Assembly (NCBI GenBank): GCA_010405405.1
Contig: MU004239.1
Location: 1,504,722-1,568,721 of the forward strand
DNA length: 64,000 bases
From: Microthyrium microscopicum
Lineage: Eukaryota
Direction of reading: 5' to 3'
The translations under genes were made by a program, and so were the position numbers. This document shows positions 1 to 12,238 of this stretch, in pieces; positions within the stretch are counted from its first letter, which is position 1, and every line of letters begins with the position of its first letter. A model generated the notes under the pieces. That model made no database searches and was not told the origin of the DNA. It was given only the letters and a program-made list of their open reading frames with translations.

Positions 1-2975
1 CGGAGGAATTGATGGTGAAGAGAACGACTGGGCGTGAGGTAGTACCGGAGGTTTGGAAGTTGAGGTTCGTGCCCATGCCGGTGCCTGTCACTACTTGGTT
101 TGAAGTTGCTAGATTTGGGGTGACTAACATTGGAGATTAGAGTCAGAAGGATTGAGGTTATGAGATAGAAGGATTTCACTAACTGTTTTTGAGACAGAAG
201 GTCGGTTGCGCCGCAGCGGAGCTGGAAGTCGATGAAGAAACCGCAGATGAGGAGGAAGAGGAAGATGGAGATGAAGGTGCTGACGTTGTAATCGTAGATA
301 GGGTTGATGTGATAGAGGAAGCTGCAACCGAAGAAGACGATGAGTCGGTAGACGAAGACACTATAGAACTGGTGGGGGAGCTGCTTGATGAGACCGCGGA
401 GCTGGTGACCAAGCTAGATACGTCGGAGGAGCTGGGGACAGCGCTGGAAGAACTCGAAGAACTTGGAGCACTGGAGGAGCTGGCAACATCACTGGAAGAA
501 CTGGAGGAGCTGGAGGAGCTGCTAGAGGAGGCTGTGCTGGTTGCCGAGCTAGAACTGTCGGGAGACGATACAGTGGAAGAAACATCAGAAGATGAAGTGG
601 TGCTTGCGATTGAAGAGGTCTCGGTGGATGATATTGCGGAAGTATTGGAGGAGCTGCTGGCGGTCGCGGAACTGGTAGCTGGCGAAGAGACCTCAGAGCT
701 GGTTGCTAAGCTTGATTCGGTGGAGCTGCTCGTCGAAAAGACTTCGGAGCTGCTAGCTGGTGAAGCTGGTGAAGAAGCGGAGCTGCTGGTTGATGAAGAA
801 GCCGCCAAGCTGGATGAGCTGGCAGAACATATCGGGGCCAACACCTGGTCTGTTTGAGATGTTGTATCGGTGCAGCTGACATCCCCAGCCTGATAATCTT
901 TGTGGAAGACGTAGCAATCCTTCAAGTCGGTAAAATAGGTTACAAAACAAGAAGTCAAGGTGCCGCACTCCGCTTCACATTCTGCTTCTGAGCCGCCTAC
1001 GACTACATCCCATAGTGAGTTACTGGCAGTGTTTGAAAAAACACAGTTAGAACCGTGATAGACTTGGCTGAAGGCGCAGCTTGGAGATGAGGAGGCTGAA
1101 GTCGTAGTAGAACTTGTCGAGGATGACGATGAAGAAGATGACACGCTTGATGTAGAGTCAGCAATCGTGGAGCTACTGGACGAAGTTGTATCTGATGCAA
1201 CGCTGCTTGAGAAACTTATTGTGCTTGAAGAGCTTGTTATGCTTGATGGGATTTCTGAGGAGCTCATTGTGCTTGAAGAAATACTGGACGAAGTTATTGT
1301 GCTCGACGCGACGTCGCTAGATACCGAACTGCTGGCCAAAGAAACCGCAAAGCTGCTAGAAGAAGATGAGGCATCGGAGCTGGCTGCGGAGCTTGATAGG
1401 GTAGAACTACTAGGGAATGATGAGATATCGGAGCTGGTGGCGGAGCTTGATGTAGCAGAGCTTGATGTAGCAGAGCTTGATACAGCAGAGCTTAGTATAG
1501 CAGAGCTTGATATAGCAGACGAAGAGACATCGGAGCTCGTTGCAGAACTTGAAAACGTGGAACTGCTAGCTGTGTTTGGTATAGTAGCACTGCTGGCTGA
1601 CGAAGAATCAGAGCTGCTGGCAGATGATGAGACATCGGAGCTCGTTGTAGAACTTGATATTACACTACTGCTGGCTGACGAGGAACCAGTGCTGCTGGCA
1701 GATGATGAGACATCGGAGCTCGTTGCGGAACTTGATATCACACTACTGCTGGCTGACGAAGAATCAGAGCTGGTGGCAGATGATGAGACATCGGAGCTCA
1801 TCGCGGAGCTTGACATAACAGTACTGCTGGCTGACGAAGGATCAGAGCTGCTACCGGAGCTGGAAATAGCGTAGCTAAAGGTACTGGCGGAGGACGATGC
1901 TGAAGACAATATGGTGCTTGAAGACTGCGAGGAAGTCGCTGTCGTTGAAACAGAAGGACTGGCCGAGGATGAAGCAGATGAGCTCAGAGATGAAACAGTA
2001 CTGGAAGCGCTCTTAGATGAGGACGTTGTAGGGACACAAGTCAAGTCATGGAATATGTACGGCGAATTTGCATTAGCGTTTAGATTTCCAGCAACTGGTT
2101 TGGCATATAAATAGCAGATACTGCTGCTGTAGGCGAAGCTTTGGCAGCCAGACGTTGATCGGCAGAATGTCGCACATCCAGAGAGGCTGCGGTATGCTGC
2201 ATTGCTAGAATCGGTGAATGATATTGGACTATTCTTGTCGTATCCGTTGAGACCACAGGTGGCCGATGCAGTTGGTACGGCGCCTGAAGATGTCGAGGAG
2301 CTTTTGGAAGTTGAAAGGGTTGATAAACTGGCCAGTACCGATGATCGCGTGGAGGAATGAGAAGAGGTTGAGGACGAAGCGCGAGTAGTGGTTGAGGAAG
2401 GTGAAGTGCGGGATGAAGTTGATGATACGCGAATGGAGCTCGATGATGTAGAACGGGTCGAGGTTGTAGTGGCCGCGCAGGATCTGTCGTAGAAAGCATA
2501 CGGGCTTTGGCTATTTGTGTTGATATTGCCAACCCTGAATACAGTCAGTTCAAGCAGTTCAAGCAATATCCATAATGGATAATTTCAAACAGGTTAAATG
2601 GTATTTCCGACATGGTTATAACACGAACCCAGACCGTTTTCGTGAATATCCAAATGGATGCTAATACCAATGGGCCATATTTCACCATGAGACGGTTGTA
2701 TCAATTAGCTTGGAAGGAATAGAGTAGGCTTACACTGCAACAGAGTAATGTAAACACGCACCAGCCCCAACAGCATGTGACAGACATTTGGTGTCTGTCA
2801 GGCAATGAGCGGCGCAACCATTTGATGTTGCAAGAGATGTGCTTGTTGAATAGAAATAGGCCTTTGTATTGCCATCGTAACCCAGACTATTGCAAACTGT
2901 TGTAGGCTGAACGACATTGACAACAAGTGCTGAAATGAGCGGCAGGGCAGCTAGTGCGCCTAGCAACGAGAACAT
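1..2975 (-). CDS. Secreted Ser/Thr-rich mucin-like cell-surface protein with three PAN/Apple-like Cys domains; 3' end runs out of the window
   Basis: Signal peptide MFSLLGALAALPLISA. Exons 2975-2734, 2534-184, 123-<1 joined in frame by GTAAGC..CAG and GTTAGT..TAG introns. Cys motifs CAAHCLTDTKC..CLHY, CATFCRSTSGC..CYLY and CEAECGTLTSC..CYVF are separated by poly-Ser tracts. Confidence 0.85.
1440..1840. repeat. Coding tandem repeats in the Ser-rich stalk: 78-bp unit (about 3.2 copies) plus 15-bp units
   Basis: ctgctggctgacga recurs at 1590, 1668, 1746 and 1824 (period 78, 26 aa SSSATSSDVSSSASSTGSSSASSSVI). gcagagcttgat(g/a)ta-like 15-mers repeat at about 1440-1520. Confidence 0.85.
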
Positions 2976-4349
2976 AATGCGACAATAAATGAGTGAAAAT
3001 GGACAAAGCCTGAACGAGTGTTGAGATGCACAAAATTATCAGAGTCAAAATAACTATAGCAGCGTAGAATCTTGGGGAAGCAATCGCATTAAGTATAATG
3101 GTCACGGAAAAAGAAATAGTCCCCTTTTTAGACTCCACGCCGCCAGTTCTGAATCAATAATCCTCGGACCTCAATCCAAAATAACTTCGTTGTTTGAACA
3201 ACCGTGCTTTTCCATCCCTTGAACGAAAAACGTTGTCAGCCACCAGGAACAAACACTGTATGGAGATGTAGCTGGAACATTGGGCTAGCTACCGGTAGTA
3301 ACAAATGTGAAGTCGATTATAAGACTTTCGATACTTTGCGCAACCGTCAGACTGTGAGGCTGTGAAACTGCAAGAATGACCTGGCAAGAATGAAGCTTTT
3401 GAGTTCACTTGAGTAGTCACTTGCCAGCTGTTGGCGTGCTAAGAATACGCTGAGTCTAGGAGTTACGGTAAGGCTGAAGCTTGAGTCTTCTAGATTCCGC
3501 CACAGCCGCCCGAGTTGACAAGAATCTGGACTGATATCTCGGTTCATGATCTCATTGGCAGGAAGACATAAGGCGAACCATTTTTTATCTTTGATTGACG
3601 TTAAGGACGGTTATGCCGCGTCTACGGAGCACTGAACCGTTGATGGCAAGCGATGGCAAGAACAATGAACTTAGTAAGGGGCTTATATAAATAAAGGGGT
3701 TATCTTGGCACTGTTCTGCGTTGCAGAAACACCATATTTTTAGCGACATCCTTTACTCCAATAACACGTACATTAAACCATCAAAACCTCTGCCTTGGCT
3801 CCAATGTCCATGGCCATCACCGTACGAGGTTTGAACAACACTGACTGACAACCACTCAACGCTGCGTATGGCGTGCCTTTAAATCGAATAATAATCATGC
3901 ATGGTGATGTCAAACCTCGCTATGAAATAATAAGTATTATCAACAAAGAGTACAATCTCTTGTTTCTCATGGACTAGAGACTGGTATCGTGTCCCAGCTA
4001 TTAGGCGTAGATCAGTTGGTATCATACACTTTCCGAGAGTAGTCACCATTGGCTTTCTTCTCAATCTCTTCATCAATTTGGACTATACTACTTACTATTA
4101 TACGTAATGAGTTTACTAAGCCAGCATCTGTATAGACCTTGAACTTGCTAGAAATGAGACTGCTTGTCCCAATCCATGATGTTCTTTTTATACTCGATTC
4201 ACCAAAAACTATCGCACATAAATGAGCTACCTACCTGAGATACTCTCCGTCCACAGCAACAAAGAGGTTACAAAAATATAGGTCTCCTAATATTGGAAAT
4301 AGCAGACTCGTAGACCAAAAAATCAGGATTTTCAACAAGAAAAGATGTA

Positions 4350-4426
4350 TGCCTCCTACCAGATTTGAACTAGCGACCTTTGCATTGCATTACAAGTGCA
4401 ACGCTCTACCCCTGAGCTAAGAAGGC
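4350..4426 (-). tRNA. tRNA-Thr(UGU) with a 5-nt insert at the canonical intron position
   Basis: Reverse complement folds as GCCTTCT/AGGAGGC acceptor stem, GCTC-AGGGGTA-GAGC D arm, TTGCA-CT-TGT-A[ATGCA]A-TGCAA anticodon arm and GCTAG-TTCAAAT-CTGGT T arm. Anticodon at 4392-4394; a T4 run lies just downstream (4340-4343). Confidence 0.9.
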
Positions 4427-4489
4427 TCCTCATTTAACGGCTTCAAAAATGAGTCAATTTGGAGCAAAATTGACATTACTGTCCATATA

Positions 4490-4880
4490 TCTAGTTTTCA
4501 TACACCCCTTTTTAATCATACATCCCCTATTTATCATACATCCCCTTTCTATTATAAATCTATACCGTAGTGCTTAGCGTATCTATTAATTATGAGTAAA
4601 GATAGATAAAGCTTACGATCCTTATTACTCCTTACTGCTATGCCTAAATATTGGCGTTTTAGCGACCCTTAAGTACTAAATCGCTACGCTATAACTCTAA
4701 CCACTTAAGAAAAAATTTAATCAACTCTAAAGCTATGAATAGTGGCTTGAATATTGGGGCAATATCTTTAACTAAAGATCGCCAAAGTCGCCGGTTTTTT
4801 GTACATGTACAGCTAAATTTTTCTTCTTCTTTATCATACAACCCTTATCATCATATATCCCCCTTTAGCCTAACGACATA
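4490..4880. mobile_element. AT/TpA-rich degraded repeat relic (RIP-like) with short direct repeats
   Basis: TCATACAyCCCC-like motif three times at about 4498-4546 and twice at about 4834-4864. Interior is TpA-rich with no credible ORF. Element family not identifiable. Confidence 0.45.
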
Positions 4881-5433
4881 TTCTGTGCATTTATTTTGGA
4901 CCAAGAGCTTACATACCAGCTCACTTTGAAAAAACTATCATTTTTGTAGCTTTTGTCAATACCATGTAAATAACAGTTTATCCAGTTTCATACCAGAAAT
5001 GACTATATGTCTTCAATTAAAATGCTGTATAATAGAATGAGAAGAACCTGTTTCTAGGATCGTGAACGTTTGAGACTGTCATACGAGACATTTTGTTGGG
5101 GTTGAGTAGACTTGCAGCATTTAGCAATATCTCAAGCCATATATATGGATCCTGACAGGTTTGATATACACAAGTGTCTAGTTGACAGGGTATACACAAG
5201 TTACTAGTTGACAAGGAGGTAAGTACAGGCAAAGCTCAGTTGCGAAACGGATATCTAAAGTTGCAATGCAGAAATATGGAGATTTGCAAGTGGGTTGCCG
5301 CAGGAATCTGCTCTTGCTTGGATATTACAGTGCTTCAAGCTTGAAAACGTGTACACGAAATGCAGATTTTATGAACCATATTTCATCATCGCGTAGAGTG
5401 AGGCATTTATTTCCGCCTTGTGTGAACATGTTT

Positions 5434-6385
5434 TTATACTTTGGGAACCTCAATGTTAAGTTTTCCAGCTTTGTTTTCCATCTGCGGCAAGAACGCCCAT
5501 CTTCCTCGCTGTTTCCACCCCTTTACTTTCCATCCATTCAACGTCTTGGGAAACATCTCGTCAATCACATCTAGCAGACTTGCATCATGAGCGATGATGA
5601 TCAAGATCCTATCATCAGCGTCAAAAATTTCCATATGATCGACGCTTTGTTGCGTATTTGCATGATTATGTGCCACTCTTTGACCATCTGGACCGTCTGC
5701 GATCTTGAAGAACGGGGTGGTTCTTGGATCATCATCGAGCTCTGAGCACGGCAATGGAACTTGCTGCGTTGGCCGAAATCCGCCGTTGAAGTGGACTATG
5801 TCTCCTCCTAGAAAGACGAATGATTCTTCTGGCGAGGCTGTTGTTCGTGCCAGAGCGGACATATGGCCGATAGCGTGGCCTGGCGTAGAAAGGAGATAAA
5901 AGCTTCCATCGCCAAAATAGTCGACTGCTTCATAACCACCTATTTTGAGTCCTGCAGCAGCAAAATCAAGCTCGCGAAGAGTGCGGCCTCTGTAATTGGT
6001 GAGACGATGGATCACTATGAAATAGGAGAGACTTACTCCCACGCATCCTCAGAGATACCGGCCGCAGGGTTTGTAGGATATCCAGGGATCTTATTCTCCT
6101 TGAACCCCGGGCCCACAACCAAGTCAACATTCTTCGGAAAGCGAGTCATATCGCCGGTGTGATCAAAGTGCCAGTGACTCCAGATAACTGCATCAATATC
6201 ACCTTTACCACCTTGATCCAGTACATCTTTGATATCCAGCAATTCACCTCCTCCAGCTCGGGTTATGTCCCAACCAACGATCTTAATGGAACCTAATGTG
6301 TGTGGATCGAGCTTCTCTATATCTTTCCTAATGCCCAGATCAAACATGACTCGTTTATCGCTTGGATGTTCGATTAGAAATAATA
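5434..6385 (-). pseudogene. Metallo-beta-lactamase-fold hydrolase (AHL-lactonase/lactamase-like), apparently lacking its 5' end
   Basis: FLIEH..VMFDLGIRKD, SHWHFDHTGD (HxHxDH), TPGHAIGH, GGDIVH, IAHD motifs. Intron 6036-5990 (GTAAGT..CAG) joins the two ORFs in frame. No ATG or family-like N-terminus upstream of FLIEH, where the DNA turns TpA-rich. Confidence 0.7.
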
Positions 6386-6800
6386 TCCTTTCTCTTCGTC
6401 GTCTGCCTAAAACTAACAGTACTATAGAGATCTTAGTCGCTATCCTCAAGAGGTAGAGTAGTGCCTACGCGCGTTTGGTAGCTAGGATTAAGATAATAAA
6501 ATAGTACTATCACCCTTTACTAAGTATCTATTATAGATAAATCTAGGAGTAGCTAAGTTATAGATTTTTTGCTCCTAACTTTCTACTAGTTGTATATTCT
6601 ATAATAGTATTAAGTACCTTTTTATTATAAAGTCGGACTAAAACGACCTATAGTCTATTACCAAATAGCTTATCGAACCTTATTGCGCCTAGGGACTTAG
6701 ACATACAGGTAGTAGATGTATCAAACTTTAAGATACTCTAAGCCGATTAAGACATCTAGGAAATCATTGGTACAAATACTAATCTCGTTTATATTAGATA
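6386..6800. mobile_element. RIP-mutated repeat-derived segment
   Basis: Hand count in 6481-6600: 24 TpA versus 1 CpA and 2 TpG, with many TAA/TAG triplets. This is the expected repeat-induced point mutation signature. Confidence 0.6.
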
Positions 6801-7331
6801 GATGCAACCAGTGGCTCAAATCGATTCATACAGAACTTTCACTGCAATAGACTAAGTTGCCATTCAAGGCAGTTTCCTAACTATTCTTACAAGGTGAAGG
6901 AAGTTTGACCTACTATGCTAGTTAGCGCATAACATATGCGTCACTCTATGCATGCCGCCTTGCAAGATACTATAGCCAATTGGTGCATAGAATGCTGGAG
7001 GCCAGCCATGTCAGCCTCAAATGGCCAGTAGGCTGAGTGGAAGTCAGGCACTTCGCACCCAACCTAAACACCGTACGCTTGTAGCGCGAAATCTGTTGTG
7101 AATTGACTGACATTCTGCTAGCAATATATCCTTACTTTTGACATGCGGGCTGCTGTTGTTCCTTTCGAGGATGTAGTACGCCAAAAGGAGGGTCGATGTG
7201 TTTTAAACCTATTCAAAACTTTCGGAACGACAAACTGCCAGCTGGAATGCAAGCTCTGGAGTAAAATGCAAGATATATATTATCAGAGCCCCCATGGTAG
7301 AGCGGGCAGAAGAAGGAAACGCTACCAGGAG

Positions 7332-9455
7332 ATGGACTTCCAAAAACTCGTCAACCCGGATGAACAGAAACGGAAGCACACTCAGGGATCAATTCGCTCC
7401 CATCGGCCCACTTTCAAATTAGGTGAAGTTATCGCCTCTGCAAAAGCCGGGTGTGAATCGTGTCACTTCTTGGGCCTTCTCGTGAAAGGAACTCGCGAAG
7501 AAAAGGCACTTTCAAATTCGGATAAGATTGTGTGCGCTTGGGATGGCTGGACGTGGAGACTAGAATGCTTTGATGAGACGAACACTCAATACACGGCTTT
7601 CCAGCTCTTTTATCCCGCAGGTGAGTTGTGTTGTTCCTCATGATACCTGCATCTCATTTCAGTGAAAGGTGCCACGATAAGGATTCAAGGAATGCCGCAA
7701 TCAAGGCCACTGTGTGGTATCACTTCTTCTCCTTCAACACTTGATCAAGCTTACAGCTGGATGGATCATTGTGACAGAAGTCATACTGCGTGTGGAACAG
7801 GACGCAACGTGCCACTACCCTTACGATTGATTGATGTTACCTCACTTCAAGTTGGCTCTGTGGAAGGGGTTAAACTTGTGCCGACTGCAGGCAAATTCGG
7901 TGCATACGCATGCTTATCGCACTGCTGGGGACAGGCCAAAATACAAGCCAAAACCACCTCCGACACGATTCAACAGTTTCAGATCCTCATTTCCTGGAAC
8001 TTGTTACCCAAAAACTTCCAGGATGCAATCGTGATGGCCCGTCGCTTTGGTCTGAAGTACATCTGGATTGATTCGCTTTGCATAATTCAGGATTCAAAAT
8101 CGGAATGGCAAAAAGAATCTGCCAAGATGGCCGAGATCTATCGTAATAGCTTTGTAACAATTGCTGCAGTTGCATCGTCGGACTCGTTGAGCGGCTGCTT
8201 TCAGGTTTCCACCCCTGACAAGTGCCTCATGATTAAGCCTAAGAAAGATCGTCAAATTTATATAGGAGCTCGAAGATGCGATCTGGGCGACGGTAGTCTG
8301 TATGATGACAGAAAATTGCCAACGGAGAAGCTAACGCCGTTGTTCTCACGCGCTTGGGTTTATCAAGAGCGAAGACTTTCGCGCCGTATACTGTACTGCA
8401 ATCGGGGAGAGATGTCTTTCGAATGCTCTGAGCAAGTATGCTGCGAATGCCAGAATACTGGACTTCCGCCTCACAATCCTTCCCAAGGCTTGCAGACCAA
8501 ACCCGAGTATGCCAAAGAGACAATCCATGCCTTGTTCCGTCGCTGGCCACGGACGATTACGGACTATTCTAGGCTGAGGCTATCATACCCAAGCGACAAA
8601 CTCCCTGCTCTATCAGGATGCGCCCAAGACCTCATGAGCATAACTGGAGACAAGTATCTGGCTGGACTCTGGGAGGACTCTTTACAAGCAAACCTTCTGT
8701 GGTACGTGAATCGAAGCGAATCATCATTTCGCCCACGACTTTATCGAGCTCCATCTTGGTCATGGGCAAGTGTGGATGCTTTAGATGGTATTTCATTTGC
8801 ACCGCAGCTGGATGGGTCATCGATCCTGCACAAGGCTTTCAAACATGAAAGTGCAGGCTGCTCGCTCGTGGGAGAAGATACCACAGGTGCCGTCTCCTAT
8901 GGGTACATTCGCCTCAGGACCCAACTTCGTACCGTACTTGTACGCTCCATCTGTTTCTACTGTAGAAGAAGAAGCCAGCGATATCATATTTTAACCACTT
9001 CTGGAAACGCCAATGCAACAGTGCAAAGTCTAGAGTCCTGTTTTCAAGCAAACAGTACATCCGTTTCGCCAAATAGCTCAAGTGGATTCCAGCGTCTAGA
9101 TTTAAGAGGAGGCAGCTGCGTACTTTACCTTGATACGTCCACTTTTATTACCGATAATGATCTGAACTTCGTCCCGAACCAACACAGAGGATTTCGGACT
9201 TGTATGTTGACAAGCATTTACTTACTGTATGTCAAAACCGTCAAAGCTCAGAAAGGAATTCTGCAGAAGGGACTTATTCCTGCCACCTGTAATAGCTACT
9301 TTCTGGCCTTGAGAAGGTTGAGATCTAAGCAAAATTGCTATGCGCGCATTGGTCTTGTTGAGATTGGGCACCCAAGCATCTCAAATGGAACAGAATGGTT
9401 TGATACTGTGTGGCCCCAGGAACTGATGCCAGAGAGTACTATCATACTTGAATAA
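7332..9455 (+). CDS. HET (heterokaryon incompatibility, PF06985-type) domain protein; start uncertain (in-frame ATGs also at 7143 and near 7266)
   Basis: PLRLIDV, YACLSHCWG, LPKNFQDAI, YIWIDSLCIIQD, MAEIYRNS, RAWVYQER, DKLPALSG, YLAGLW, APSWSWAS. Intron 7621-7662 (GTGAGT..CAG) joins the upstream exon carrying SAKAGCESC. Confidence 0.9.
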
Positions 9456-9702
9456 TGCTGCATAACTACTTCCTTCCAAGTATTATTCTGACGATTAGTG
9501 CGTCAGTCTTGGCGATAGTCAATGCTACTATGTACTTACCTTAAGCAAAGCTCTCGAACACTGGCAGCTCATTATTACTAGTTGCAAATGCCTCACTAAG
9601 ACCAGTTCCTACCACAAACCCCCTATCAGGCTATCGACTGGCTCAGGATGTACAGTTGACTCTATTCCGGGTCATCGCGATGCACTGCAACTGTGTGGGG
9701 CA

Positions 9703-11440
9703 TCAGAGTGTATATCTGAAGAACCCAGCATCCTCCCCTTTATCACCATCCCCGATCCGCTCTTCATCGGTGTACGAGTTACAGGGCCGCGCCGCCTCCC
9801 GCTTGGCATTTTCTTCGCTGAAGTAGACGACTAGCACAATACAAGTGAGTGCGGCCACACTTATCATCGTAAAATTGATCGCATGAGCTTTTTTGTAATG
9901 GGACGCCGCAAATCTAGGAGCATACACAAATGCGGAAGCCGTTCCGCCTAGGTTGGTAAAGCCCAGATATATAGCGATCGAGACGGCTCTTTTGGTTGCG
10001 TTGCTTATGTTGCTACTAGCCCTAGGAATATATCAGAGCGGAAGTGTTGTGGGAGAAGAAATCGTACCATGCTAGACCAAGGGGTGTTGCAGGAAAAATA
10101 CCACTGATCACGAAGAAACAACCGGCATATTGAATGTGAGGGTTGGTCGTGCTTAGAAGCATCAAGAAGCCTATCATGCTAAAACAAAGATTAGCGAGAT
10201 GCAGTCGAAATAAGAACCACGAACCCAACACAGCAGAATCCAATGGCCCAGTTGCCACGTCGCTTGGTTCTGTCTGATAGTACTCCTCCGATGACCGTCA
10301 CGAGACAACCCACAAGAAACGGCGGAGTGGTCATCAACTGTGTTGCAGTATTGGAGTAATTGCTCTTCAGTCCCTTGATAATTGTTGGCAGGAAAACGGC
10401 AATCGAGTATGAAGGAACGGCAGTGGCTAACCCAAACGTGGCATACACGTAGATTTTCCAATCTTTGAAAGCCTGCCAAACGTGTTTCATGTCGAAGTCG
10501 TTATTGGGATATCCCTGATCCTCCGCTATGCGCTTTACTATGAAGTGCCTCTCTGCAGGACTCAAGAATTTGGCAGTCGCTGGATAATCCTGAAGCAAGA
10601 AACGGGCGGCAATCGCTACTGCATATCAGATGGAATCGTAAAGACTTCATGATAGGTAAAGTACTTACCAACCACGACCGTTAGAAGTCCTTCGATAATG
10701 AAGATCCAGGACCAACCTGATCTTCCTCCCACCCCATCCATAAGCATAATAGCACGAGCTAGAAAGCCACCGAAAGCTCCCGCTGCAGTGACTGCGGAGA
10801 CTAAAATGGCTAACCTAAATCCGAGTTCTTCGCGACGGTACCACATGGTAATACTGCTCGTCATCAGCAAGAAGACTCACCTGAGCCTAAAAGCTCCTGG
10901 AAGCTGATTCAATATACTCACTAGAACACTATTCCAGGAAGAAGCCCGCCTTCCGTGAATCCCAACACGGCTCGCACGATGAGAAGCCCGCTATAAGACC
11001 GTACAAATCCCATAGCAATGCAGACGCCTCCCCAAACCAGCATGATAAACGACAGCCAGACCGATGGCCTTACGCGCTTGATCATCACATTCGAAGGCGC
11101 TTCCGCTAATGACGATCAGATCTTGATTGACTTGTGGGAAAACAGAAGAGCAGAAAAGACACTTACACAGCGCATAAAAGGGGTATAGGATTGCAACTGC
11201 GGCGTTGTATTGCAGACCTTTCAAGTTCAAGTCCTTCTCTAGACCGGCAAGGCGGGCATTGCCGATGTTGCCTCTATCAAGGAAGCTAAGGAGGTTGAGG
11301 AAGCAAACCAGGGGAAGAAGCATCCAGTCGATCTTCCGGATCAACCGTCGGATGTCTTGTTCGCTGATGTCGCTTGCATGCGTAGAGAGCTGGCACTCGG
11401 TATCAGTGACTTGAGGTTGAGTTTTAATCTTTTCTGTCAT
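9703..11440 (-). CDS. MFS transporter, allantoate/nicotinate permease (Dal5/Tna1, anion:cation symporter) family
   Basis: RKIDWMLLP, LDRGNIGNARLAGLEKDL, EGGLLPG, WYRREELGFR, GWSWIFIIEG, C-terminal FRYTL. Five GT-AG introns (e.g. 11166-11106, 10921-10854, 10668-10616) restore one open frame. Confidence 0.92.
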
Positions 11441-12238
11441 CTTGAATTTTGAAATTGTGTGCAATTCTAAATGACCAGAGACTTTGTTAGGAACGCTTCG
11501 GATTACACTTTGCTTTGGCAACGCAGCGCTTTTGAGCTGGCCATTCTAAACTTCAACTCTTTATCCTTCTGGATTCCCTTCCCATAACGTTGTGATTCTT
11601 CTAGCCAATCGGTAATGCAATAACATGACTGGAGGGTATCATGATGTTGTGTTACCGGGCGAGGTCGCGAAGCGAGAGAGAAGAGCAAAATTCTCATCCT
11701 TGGGACAGCTAAGTCGACAAAAGAGATAACAACTTACTCAATCTACGATTAAAACCTGCCCAGATACAAAAGCTCTTACCGGAAAAATTTAGAAGTTAAG
11801 TTTTGACTGCTCGAAAGGGATTGAACCACTGGTCTTTCATATCTTGCTCTGATTGCATCTTCTCAGCCTGTAGTTGTTACCCCTAATCTAGGACAAATAT
11901 GCTTCTTATCGTGGCATAATGCTTTCATCCTATACGAGCGCGTATAACAGTTCGTCGAAGCAAGATTAATACCGAGTCGGCTCAATCCCGCCAACATGGT
12001 TCTCCAAGGCGAACATGCATCGCCCCTCTTACTGTGACTGCTGCATGCTTTGGTTGTCATCCAATTATGGAAAGAAAATCACCCATCATTCGCCGGATGT
12101 CTAATTGCTTCTTCGCAGTGACTCTCTTCTAAGAAGTCTGGGCATTGCAAGAAGCCCAGGTTGCCCATCTTCAATCCTCCAGCTGCTCATTGACTAGAGC
12201 ATATGCTTCGCCGGGCCAGGAAACCCAATTGAGGCAAG

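Noticed and set aside
189..2114. Long Glu/Leu-rich ORFs on the + strand
   Set aside because: They are antisense shadows of the Ser/Thr codons of the minus-strand mucin-like gene.
4490..4880. CRISPR-like or telomeric interpretation of the short repeats
   Set aside because: Eukaryotic context, irregular spacing, no cas genes and no TTAGGG array.
10854..10921. Second CAG|GTGAGT inside an MFS intron (possible micro-exon or nested intron)
   Set aside because: The downstream piece would be only about 27 nt, too short for an intron, and single excision already gives the correct frame.
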